From an uncultured Gammaproteobacteria bacterium (GTDB lineage: Bacteria > Patescibacteriota > Microgenomatia > UBA1406 > GWC2-37-13): a DNA stretch of 64,000 bases. The translations under genes and the position numbers were made by a program. A model generated the notes under the pieces. That model ran no database searches and was not told the DNA's origin. It saw only the letters and a list, made by a program, of their open reading frames with translations. Of this stretch, positions 7,562-15,088 are shown in pieces. Location: assembly GCA_964542665.1 (NCBI GenBank), contig CAZIUF010000001.1:21549-85548 (forward strand). The letters run 5' to 3'. Each line of letters begins with the position of its first letter. Position 1 is the first letter of the stretch.

Positions 7562-7590
7562 TTGACATACTCACTAAATATCACTATGAT
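7562..7590 (+). promoter_or_regulatory. sigma70-type promoter TTGACA-N17-TATGAT
   Basis: TTGACA at 7562-7567, a 17-nt spacer, then TATGAT at 7585-7590. It lies about 40 nt upstream of the 7632 ATG. Confidence 0.6.
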
Positions 7591-7631
7591 GTTGATTGAG
7601 TATTACAAATTCACTCAAAGGTGTACACCCT

Positions 7632-7709
7632 ATGGCAACCAAAAAAGCCAAGAAAACAGTGAAGCGCGTCGGAAAGAAAAAGGCGTCTTCAAAGAAAAAA
7701 AAGAAATAA
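7632..7709 (+). CDS. 25-aa lysine-rich peptide MATKKAKKTVKRVGKKKASSKKKKK
   Basis: ATG preceded by AAAGGTG, with its own consensus promoter upstream and a UUCG-tetraloop terminator 20 nt downstream. Confidence 0.45.
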   Translation: MATKKAKKTVKRVGKKKASSKKKKK

Positions 7710-7729
7710 TGTTTCTTTTTGAAACTAAG

Positions 7730-7757
7730 CCCTCCGCTTCGGCGGAGGGATTTTTTT
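7730..7757 (+). terminator. rho-independent terminator
   Basis: CCCTCCGC-TTCG-GCGGAGGG, then A and a T7 run. Confidence 0.85.
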
Positions 7758-7810
7758 GTAATCCACTTCTCTTGCGTATATACTAGTCGGATCAGATTTA
7801 ATCAATACAT

Positions 7811-7838
7811 GTCATGGTGAGCTTGACGAATCCATGAC
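7811..7838 (+). repeat. hairpin mini-repeat, copy 1
   Basis: GTCATGG-TGAGCTTGACGAA-T-CCATGAC, a 7-bp perfect stem. Confidence 0.75.
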
Positions 7839-7854
7839 TCTATATAAATATTTT

Positions 7855-7882
7855 GCGCACCCTTCGTCAAGCTCAGGGTGAC
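7855..7882 (-). repeat. hairpin mini-repeat, copy 2 (inverted relative to copy 1)
   Basis: The reverse complement reads GTCACCC-TGAGCTTGACGAA-GGGTGCGC. The 13-nt loop is identical to copy 1, and the stem triplet covaries (CCC/GGG versus TGG/CCA). It ends about 10 nt before the tal ATG. Confidence 0.75.
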
Positions 7883-7892
7883 AAATTTACAT

Positions 7893-8780
7893 ATGAAATT
7901 TTTCCTCGACTCGTGTGATCCAGCTGCGACCCGTGAGATGAAGTCAACGGTCGGCAAAATCGATGGCCAGACGACCAATCCCACCCTGCTCGTGAAAAAC
8001 CCTGAGGTCCAAAAGCGGATCCAAGGAGGTAAGATCAAAGAAGTAGATTTACTCGCTTTGTACAAGCAAGCTATCCAAGAGGTCGACTCAGTGATTCCCG
8101 GTGGTGCGATCTCCATCGAGGTCTACTCTGATTGGAATACCCCAGCCAAAGAGATGCTTCGTCAAGCTGAGAGTATGTATGCATGGATCCCCAATGCGTA
8201 TATGAAGTTCCCTACTATCCCCGAAGGGTTGAAGGCAGCATATGAGTTCACCTCAAAAGGTGGCCGAGTGAATATGACTCTCGTATTTGATCAAGAACAG
8301 GCAGCCGCAGTCTATAGTGCGACAAGAAATACGAAGTCACCTGCATTTGTGTCACCTTTCTTGGGTCGCTGGGATGACCGTGGGTATCAGGGTGTCGATC
8401 TGGTAAAAAATATCGTACAGATGTATCGCGCATTTGATAGCGTTCGTCATCCTGAGCAACGCGAAGGATCTCACAAGAAATCTCATGTCGAAGTCCTCGC
8501 CGCCTCCATCCGCACCATGGATCACTTTTATGCATCTATCGCATATGGCGCCGATATCATCACCGCTCCACTCGCGACCTTTCAGAGGTGGGTCAGTGAG
8601 GGTCGTAAGGTACCTGAAACGTTTGAGGTGTCAACGAAAAATCTCCAGTCGATCCCATACAAAGATCTACAATACACTGATGATTTCGCATCCTATCAGA
8701 TCGACCGGAGCGAAAGTGGACTCCTCCATCAAGGCCTCACCAAGTTTGTGAGTGATTGGGATGGAGTCGTGGAAAGATAG
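7893..8780 (+). CDS. tal: transaldolase family protein
   Basis: MKFFLDSCDP...GQTTNPTLL...EVLAASIR...GADIITAP. Start placed at the internal ATG that gives the canonical MKFFLD N-terminus. Confidence 0.85.
   Translation: MKFFLDSCDPAATREMKSTVGKIDGQTTNPTLLVKNPEVQKRIQGGKIKEVDLLALYKQAIQEVDSVIPGGAISIEVYSDWNTPAKEMLRQAESMYAWIPNAYMKFPTIPEGLKAAYEFTSKGGRVNMTLVFDQEQAAAVYSATRNTKSPAFVSPFLGRWDDRGYQGVDLVKNIVQMYRAFDSVRHPEQREGSHKKSHVEVLAASIRTMDHFYASIAYGADIITAPLATFQRWVSEGRKVPETFEVSTKNLQSIPYKDLQYTDDFASYQIDRSESGLLHQGLTKFVSDWDGVVER
8446..8473 (+). repeat. hairpin mini-repeat, copy 3, in-frame inside tal
   Basis: GTCATCC-TGAGCAACGCGAA-GGATCTCA. It encodes the VRHPEQREGSH segment just before the conserved EVLAASIR block. 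Confidence 0.6.
8748..8779 (+). repeat. proximal copy of the 32-nt direct repeat (functional tal 3' end)
   Basis: GTGAGTGATTGGGATGGAGTCGTGGAAAGATA(G) encodes VSDWDGVVER*. Confidence 0.85.
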
Positions 8781-8783
8781 GGA

Positions 8784-9038
8784 CTATCGCGGATCTTCTG
8801 GGTCTTGATCAGTCAGAGGAGACGTAGTATTCACCTTTGCTCCATCTATACTAGTGGTACCACGAACACCGCCTCCAGTACCTTCTATGGGTATTCTCCG
8901 ATGTGCAGTGATTGGTAGAGGCACATCATTTCGTGCCAACTGTTCTTGTGCTATTTGTCGTATATCGGGGACTGGTTTTGGTTCACCAGGTGGCCTTGTC
9001 ATTGTAATCATTGGGTTTCCAATTGAGTTTTCCGTCAT
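8784..9038 (-). CDS. hypothetical 84-aa protein (starts MTE), cargo of the tal-uppS insertion
   Basis: The only sizeable ORF in the 340-bp insert. There is a TTGATT-N17-TAATCT promoter-like sequence upstream on the minus strand. The protein is Pro/Gly/Thr-rich with no known motif. Confidence 0.4.
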   Translation of the reverse strand: MTENSIGNPMITMTRPPGEPKPVPDIRQIAQEQLARNDVPLPITAHRRIPIEGTGGGVRGTTSIDGAKVNTTSPLTDQDPEDPR

Positions 9039-9119
9039 CTTTAGATGAATAAACTAACTTATATAACAATCTTCTTAGATTACTCTCTCACTTTATAAAA
9101 ATCAAGCATTACTTATCTA

Positions 9120-9151
9120 GTGAGTGATTGGGATGGGGTGGTGGAAAGATG
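9120..9151 (+). repeat. distal copy of the 32-nt direct repeat (remnant tal end overlapping the uppS start)
   Basis: GTGAGTGATTGGGATGGGGTGGTGGAAAGATG(A) encodes the same VSDWDGVVER*, with TGA overlapping the uppS ATG (ATGA). Confidence 0.85.
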
Positions 9152-9868
9152 AGCTATAATCTGCACATGTCAGATGACAAAGTATCGGTTCCAGCCCACA
9201 TCGCCATTATCATGGACGGCAATCGTCGCTGGGCTCGTGCCCAGGGTAAGGAGTCACTCGAGGGTCACAAGGCAGGAGCTGAAAATCTCGAGCGCATTGC
9301 AGAATATGCCGCGTCTATCGGGGTCAAAACACTGACTGTCTATGCACTCTCAACTGAAAATCTCACCAGTCGTATGGGACGAGAACTGCAAGGACTCTTT
9401 GACCTACTTGTCTGGGGATTCAAACATAAAATCAAAAAGCTGGTCGAAAAAGGTGTGCGGGTGAATGTACTTGGCGATGTGACTCAACTTCCTAAAACAC
9501 TCCAAAGACTCATCGCTTCGCTGAAGCAAACATATAAGGACAAAGAGTCATTTACACTCAACATCGCACTCAACTATGGGAGTAAACAAGAGATCCTACA
9601 CGCAGTCAAGGCACTGATTAAAGACGGTATCGATATCAACAAGATGACTGAGAGTGATATCACATCGCGACTCTATACCAAAGATCAACACGAGCCAGAT
9701 CTGGTGATTCGTACCGGTGGCCAAGTGCGACTTTCGAATTTCTTACTCTGGCAATCCAGCTATAGCGAGCTTTACTTTACCAAAACCTTCTGGCCTGACT
9801 TTGGCCCTGCCCAACTGGACGAAGCTGTCGCTTGGTACCAAGAACAAAAACGCAACTTTGGAAAATAA
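9149..9868 (+). CDS. uppS: undecaprenyl diphosphate synthase
   Basis: HIAIIMDGNRRWA, ALSTENL and RTGGQVRLSNFLLWQ motifs. The start is taken at the ATG that overlaps the remnant tal stop. Confidence 0.9.
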   Translation: MSYNLHMSDDKVSVPAHIAIIMDGNRRWARAQGKESLEGHKAGAENLERIAEYAASIGVKTLTVYALSTENLTSRMGRELQGLFDLLVWGFKHKIKKLVEKGVRVNVLGDVTQLPKTLQRLIASLKQTYKDKESFTLNIALNYGSKQEILHAVKALIKDGIDINKMTESDITSRLYTKDQHEPDLVIRTGGQVRLSNFLLWQSSYSELYFTKTFWPDFGPAQLDEAVAWYQEQKRNFGK

Positions 9869-9988
9869 TACATGCGGCTCGTAGCTAGCGGCTTAAAGCT
9901 TTTCGTATTTGACTTTCACTCCTGACCGTACTACTCTGTGGCTATCAGATTGTCATAAATCTAGTTATTATTTTCTCAAAATATACCT

Positions 9989-10891
9989 ATGAACCTCTCT
10001 ATCCCACTCGATGTTGCATCAAGTGCTCGTCTGACCTATGAGGCAAATATGGAGCGGATCACCTACGGTACCGGACGACTCTTCCTCTTTGCGGGAGATC
10101 AAAAACTAGAGCATATGAATGATGATTATTTTGGTGCAGATACTCATCCTGATGATGCCAATCCTGAGCATCTATTTCGGATCGCGAGCAAAGCCAAAGT
10201 GGGCGCATTCGCCTCACAGCTGGGACTCATTGCACGCTATGGTGCTGACTACAAAGACGTTCCCTATATCGTCAAGATGAATGCAAAAACAGATCGGGTA
10301 AAAACTGAACAAGCTGATCCGATATCTCGCCAGTGGCAGACCACAGAACAACTGATGAAATTCAAAAAGCAATCAGGGCTCAATATCGTTGGTATTGGCT
10401 ACACCATCTATCCTGGAAGTGAAAATGAGAGCGTCATGTATCGAGAAGCGGCCCAACTCATCTTTGAAGCACATCAACAAGGTCTGGTGACGGTCATTTG
10501 GGCGTATGCACGTGGCAAAGCAATCAAAAATGAAAAGGACCCACACATCTCTGCCGGATGTGCCGGTATTGGTGCGTGTCTGGGAACGGATTTCGTCAAA
10601 GTGAATCCACCAAAATCTGAAACGATGTCCCAAGGTGAAGCACTCAAGGAGTCAGTGCAAGCTGCGGGTCGCACCGGCGTCATCTGTGCAGGTGGATCGT
10701 CACAGCCAATCCCTGAGTTTTTGCAGACACTCCATGACCAGATACATATTGCTGGATGTCGTGGCAATGCGACTGGTCGCAATATCCATCAAAGGTCACT
10801 TGAAGATGCTGTAAAGCTGTGTGACGCAATTCATGCGATCACCAACGAAGATGTGAGTGTTGAAAAAGCACTATCAATCATCAACTCATGA
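9989..10891 (+). CDS. class I fructose-bisphosphate aldolase (DhnA/FbaB-like)
   Basis: 300 aa with LFLFAGDQKLEH, YIVKMNAKT and TDFVKVNPP (Schiff-base Lys context), typical of the archaeal-type class I aldolase family. Confidence 0.75.
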   Translation: MNLSIPLDVASSARLTYEANMERITYGTGRLFLFAGDQKLEHMNDDYFGADTHPDDANPEHLFRIASKAKVGAFASQLGLIARYGADYKDVPYIVKMNAKTDRVKTEQADPISRQWQTTEQLMKFKKQSGLNIVGIGYTIYPGSENESVMYREAAQLIFEAHQQGLVTVIWAYARGKAIKNEKDPHISAGCAGIGACLGTDFVKVNPPKSETMSQGEALKESVQAAGRTGVICAGGSSQPIPEFLQTLHDQIHIAGCRGNATGRNIHQRSLEDAVKLCDAIHAITNEDVSVEKALSIINS

Positions 10892-11820
10892 TCACACTCA
10901 ATCAGTTTATAATCCAAGCAAAACACCCAAAGTTAAATTCTGATGATGGCTTCATCATCCTGATGACTGTGTTGGAAAATGCAGTGAAAATGATCGAAAC
11001 TCATGTGAGTAAAATGGGATTAGCCGACCTCATGGAAAAAACCACAGACGTGAACTCATCTGGAGAAGAAATAAAAAAAATCGATCAAGTAGCTAACGAT
11101 ATCCTCATCAAAATGCTGTCCGAGTCTGGACAAATATCTCGACTAGCCTCAGAGGAAGTCGAGGAAATGATATATACTCCCTATCCAAAAGCTCCATACG
11201 AAATATATTTTGATCCGCTAGATGGTGCCAGTAATATCAATATCGGTGGCATGCTTGGAGTGATTTTTTCTATCTATCACAGTGGTCCAAAGGGCTCTCT
11301 CCCTCGTGGTGAAGAGCAAATAGCTGCTGGTTATGTCCTCTATGGCTCATCTACTATCTTGGTGTATGCCACACATGATGGAGTGAATGGGTTTACGCTT
11401 GACCCAGCGAGCGGATGCTTCCTTCTGTCGCATATCAATATGACTATGCCTCAAAAAGCCATCTACTACTCGATCAATGAAGGATATGCCAGTCACTTTA
11501 GCGATAAAACCAATAGATTTTTAAAAAACATCAAAAAAGCTGGAACGATAAAAGGTCGAAATCTTGGATGTATGTGCGCAGATTTTCATAATGCGCTTAT
11601 AAATGGTGGCGTCTATCTCTATCCAGCCAATAAAAAAGATCCACAGGGTAAGATCCGGCTCATGTATGAGATAAACCCCATGTCATTCATCGCTCAGATT
11701 GCTGGCGGGTCAGCATCCGTAGATGGGCAAGATCCTCTCAAGCTCTCCCCATCTTCTTTGCATCAAAAAATGGATTTTGTAGTTGGTAGTAAGGATATCG
11801 TATCTCAGTACAATGCATAA
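10888..11820 (+). CDS. fbp: fructose-1,6-bisphosphatase class 1
   Basis: LASEEVEEM...FDPLDGASNINIG...GKIRLMYE motifs. It overlaps fba by 4 nt. Confidence 0.85.
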   Translation: MITLNQFIIQAKHPKLNSDDGFIILMTVLENAVKMIETHVSKMGLADLMEKTTDVNSSGEEIKKIDQVANDILIKMLSESGQISRLASEEVEEMIYTPYPKAPYEIYFDPLDGASNINIGGMLGVIFSIYHSGPKGSLPRGEEQIAAGYVLYGSSTILVYATHDGVNGFTLDPASGCFLLSHINMTMPQKAIYYSINEGYASHFSDKTNRFLKNIKKAGTIKGRNLGCMCADFHNALINGGVYLYPANKKDPQGKIRLMYEINPMSFIAQIAGGSASVDGQDPLKLSPSSLHQKMDFVVGSKDIVSQYNA

Positions 11821-11909
11821 CCCTCTTCTTTGCGCTTCACGCTCATTTTTGGTATAGTGAGACCAGTTCAATGTATCAGTTGTATTAGTCATAAGTTATT
11901 TTAAGTCCT

Positions 11910-12920
11910 ATGTCAAAACTCAAAGTCGGTATCAATGGTTTTGGTCGGATTGGACGAGCAGTCACCCGCATCCTCATGGATCGAGATGACGTCGAGTTGA
12001 CAGTCATCAATACCCGAAAAGGTGCAAATGACCTTATGGCTTACCTCCTCCAAAATGACTCTGTATATCGTCGATATCACCGTAAAGTTGAATCAAATGA
12101 AAAGGGTCTTATGATCGATGGAGTCCAGGTCAACTGCACGCTCGCTGCGACACCAGAAGAAATACCTTGGGGTCAGTATGGTGTTCAGGTCGTCATCGAT
12201 GCGACGGGAGCGTTTACCAAGACTGAGGATCTACAAAAACATGTTCACGATACAGTGAAAAAGGTGATACTTACTGCACCAGCGAAAGACGAGACGGCGA
12301 CAGTGGTCATCGGCGTGAACGACACAGATGAGCTCTTGAAAAATAATGCAGTTATTTCAAATGCCTCGTGTACTACCAACTGCGCTGCTCCACTTTTCAA
12401 AGTACTCCATGATAACTTTGGTATCGTCAAAGGTCATATGACGACCATCCATGCATACACCATGACTCAAAGCATGATGGATGATGCCAACAAGGAGTTT
12501 GAGCGATCACGCGCTGCCGTACTCAATATCGTCCCCTCTACTTCAGGCGCTGCAAAAGCAGTGGTGAAAGTCATTCCCGATCTCAAAGGCAAAATCGAAG
12601 TATTTGCAGTACGAGTCCCGGTACCTGTTGGCTCAGCGTCAGATCTTTCTGTGGAGCTGAGCCGCGATGTCAATGCAGATGAGGTAAATGCAGCATTCCA
12701 ATCAGCAGCTACTGGATCGATGAAACATATGCTGGAATATACTCATGAGCTGGTGATGTCTTCAGATATCATCGGTAACTCACATTCAGTCGTCTTCGAC
12801 CCACACTACACCAAGGTTGTCGGAGGAAATATGGTGAAAATATTTGGCTGGTACGACAATGAGTGGGGCTATAGCAATCGAGTCGTAGATCTCGCTGCCA
12901 GACTTGCACCATTTGTATAA
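11910..12920 (+). CDS. gap: glyceraldehyde-3-phosphate dehydrogenase
   Basis: VGINGFGRIGR, SNASCTTNCAAP and WYDNEWGYS. Confidence 0.95.
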   Translation: MSKLKVGINGFGRIGRAVTRILMDRDDVELTVINTRKGANDLMAYLLQNDSVYRRYHRKVESNEKGLMIDGVQVNCTLAATPEEIPWGQYGVQVVIDATGAFTKTEDLQKHVHDTVKKVILTAPAKDETATVVIGVNDTDELLKNNAVISNASCTTNCAAPLFKVLHDNFGIVKGHMTTIHAYTMTQSMMDDANKEFERSRAAVLNIVPSTSGAAKAVVKVIPDLKGKIEVFAVRVPVPVGSASDLSVELSRDVNADEVNAAFQSAATGSMKHMLEYTHELVMSSDIIGNSHSVVFDPHYTKVVGGNMVKIFGWYDNEWGYSNRVVDLAARLAPFV

Positions 12921-12937
12921 ATTTTCATTTTTTATTT

Positions 12938-14002
12938 ATGAGCATACAATATATTGACGAAGTCCCATTGCAAAATAAGCGCATATTGATGCGGGTCGAC
13001 TTCAATGTATCGCTCAATGAGAATCACTCGATAGCCAACGATGAACGTATCCATCAGGCTATCCCCACCATCAAACACCTTCTTGCTGGCGGTAATAAGC
13101 TCATACTCTGCTCACATCTCGGACAGCCCAAAGGCTACGAGGTCACCACGAGCCTCATGAATATTGCAGTGCGTTTGCAAAAGTTCATCGATATGCCGGT
13201 GACATTTTATGGATTTGATCAGAGTAAATCGTCTGATGAAAATATTGATATATGGAGTAAAAATATTGCGACACTCGAGGGATCGATCGCACTCATAGAC
13301 AATCTCCGATTTTTCACTGGAGAAAAGGAAAATAGCGCAGACTTTGCCAAAAAACTTGCATCGATGGCTGATGTATATGTCGGCGACGCCTTCGGCGTCG
13401 CCCACCGCCCTGATGCCTCAGTAGTTGGGGTCCCCACTATCCTGCCTCACTATGGTGGATTGCTCATGAAAAAAGAAATTGAGATGATTGGTAAGCTCAT
13501 CAAGGATCCTGCTCATCCCTTCATCGCTATCATCGGAGGAGCAAAAGTAGATACGAAGCTTGGTCTCATCACAAAGCTGACTTCTATCGCAGATCTAGTG
13601 CTCGTCGGTGGAAAACTCGCACTTGAAAGTGGCCTGCCCGAGCTCCCCACCATCATGAAGCCCGTGGACTACATCTATGGCGATGACAATGTCGCCTATG
13701 ACATCGGTCCTGAAACGGTGAAAAAGTATGCGTCTATCATCTCAACCGCTCATACAATCATGTGGAATGGCCCAATGGGGAAAAATGAAGATCCCCGGTA
13801 TGCCAAAGGAACTGAAGGAGTCTACAATGCAATAGTTTCGAACTCACAAGCAGTATCGGTGATCGGAGGAGGAGACACCATCACCGCACTTGCTAACGAA
13901 CTGCATCTTGATAAAATCACTCACATCTCAACGGGTGGAGGTGCCATGCTGGAGTTCATTGAGAAAGGTACTTTGCCTGGTATTGAGGCATTATCAATCT
14001 AG
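12938..14002 (+). CDS. pgk: phosphoglycerate kinase (short form)
   Basis: RVDFNVSL, SHLGQPKG, IIGGAKVDTKL and STGGGAMLEF. Confidence 0.9.
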   Translation: MSIQYIDEVPLQNKRILMRVDFNVSLNENHSIANDERIHQAIPTIKHLLAGGNKLILCSHLGQPKGYEVTTSLMNIAVRLQKFIDMPVTFYGFDQSKSSDENIDIWSKNIATLEGSIALIDNLRFFTGEKENSADFAKKLASMADVYVGDAFGVAHRPDASVVGVPTILPHYGGLLMKKEIEMIGKLIKDPAHPFIAIIGGAKVDTKLGLITKLTSIADLVLVGGKLALESGLPELPTIMKPVDYIYGDDNVAYDIGPETVKKYASIISTAHTIMWNGPMGKNEDPRYAKGTEGVYNAIVSNSQAVSVIGGGDTITALANELHLDKITHISTGGGAMLEFIEKGTLPGIEALSI

Positions 14003-14015
14003 TCACAATAGAAAT

Positions 14016-14204
14016 ATGATTCCTATCTTTTGGAAACGTGGAAATAAAACATTTGGATATATCAATCTAGCGCTTGGTTTGATCTCGGGATATTTCGGGA
14101 TTACTCAAGGTATCGAGCAAGGTACCGCAACTGGACTCATCATCCCCGCAATTTTCTTATTTCTAGCCTGGTGGTGCTTTCAAAAACCAAAGATTACTTC
14201 TTGA
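14016..14204 (+). CDS. small two-helix membrane protein (62 aa)
   Basis: Internal ATG after the pgk stop: MIPIFWKRGNKTFGYINLALGLISGYFG...IIPAIFLFLAWWCF. Confidence 0.4.
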   Translation: MIPIFWKRGNKTFGYINLALGLISGYFGITQGIEQGTATGLIIPAIFLFLAWWCFQKPKITS

Positions 14205-14682
14205 GTATTTCAATCACCGTATCTACAGGAGCTTGAGAAGAGACGGTGCTCATCCCGTGATCAGTGATATTGGGGAGCGTAATGGTCGACTCATACTTCG
14301 TTTTTTCATTTCTCCAGGTGAGCTCAAGATCCACGAGTGTATTTTTATTCCAAAAAGTATAGATCTGGGGTGTGCGATAACGAAATATCATACCATCATG
14401 TCCGCAAATATCTTCTTTTGACGTGGTATTCATCAATCCATACTCTTGCTTCTCTGTAGTATCTGCAACCAGGAGGTTGTAGTTTTTTGTACGGAGCATA
14501 TAACTAATCACTTCATAGTTCGCATGATGGGTCGTGCATCGACCAACAACATCCTGTACGCGCTGATTGATTGATCTATCGTAGGCAGTCATACCAACTA
14601 GTATGATGCCAATACCCACAACGATTACCATGATTTTCTTTTGTTTTTCACTGGTGAACCAGTTTGGTTTGGATTTAGACAT
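14194..14682 (-). CDS. DUF192-like membrane-anchored protein
   Basis: N-terminal TM helix. GMIFRYRTPQIYTFWNKNTLVDLEL resembles the DUF192 core (M-x-F...FWMKNT-x-x-x-LD). Confidence 0.6.
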   Translation of the reverse strand: MSKSKPNWFTSEKQKKIMVIVVGIGIILVGMTAYDRSINQRVQDVVGRCTTHHANYEVISYMLRTKNYNLLVADTTEKQEYGLMNTTSKEDICGHDGMIFRYRTPQIYTFWNKNTLVDLELTWRNEKTKYESTITLPNITDHGMSTVSSQAPVDTVIEILKK

Positions 14683-15019
14683 AGTTTGCTAGGTAATACT
14701 CTTCATCTTTATCAACTTGCCTGACTAAATCGAGTATGTGATTGAGTTTTGGCTCAAGCTCATCGGCTTTTTGTGAATAGTTTGGGATATTGAAAAGGGC
14801 AGCGTACTGAGTCATCAGTTGGCCTTTGTGATACCGTAGTCCAGTGCGGATAAACTGCAGTTGGCCGTGTTTGGACAACAGACTCCAATCGCCATATTGG
14901 GATAATACTTCTGGTTTATATTCACCAAGCTCTACGGCTTTTTGCAAAGTCATCTGTCCCGTCGAAGGACTCCCTCCTCCGCTCGAGCCACGTTCTTTGG
15001 ATGCTTCAAACTCTGCCAT
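14675..15019 (-). CDS. hypothetical protein (soluble orphan, starts MAE)
   Basis: 114-aa ORF between typA and the DUF192 gene, with an 8-nt overlap. No motif recognised. Confidence 0.5.
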   Translation of the reverse strand: MAEFEASKERGSSGGGSPSTGQMTLQKAVELGEYKPEVLSQYGDWSLLSKHGQLQFIRTGLRYHKGQLMTQYAALFNIPNYSQKADELEPKLNHILDLVRQVDKDEEYYLANYV

Positions 15020-15088
15020 ATTTATATATCATACAACAGTTAGTGGGAGAGAAGAATCAGAAAAGAAGATTGGGGTGAGACTCACAGG

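Noticed and set aside
7838-7862. A dif/XerC-arm-like sequence: the minus strand reads GGTGCGCAAAATATTTATATAGAGT
   Set aside because: Only the left arm (GGTGCGCAAAA) resembles the E. coli dif XerC arm. The XerD-arm half (TTATGTTAAAT-type) is not matched. The GGTGCGC is also part of hairpin mini-repeat copy 2.
10155-10185. Additional hairpin mini-repeat candidates: AATCC-TGAGCATCTATTTC-GGATC in fba, and CATCC-TGAGCAATACATC-AGGGA at about 38648-38672 in the nuclease gene
   Set aside because: Only the TGAGC start of the loop is shared. The CGAA end and a proper stem are missing, and both lie in conserved-looking protein segments. They are likely coincidental.
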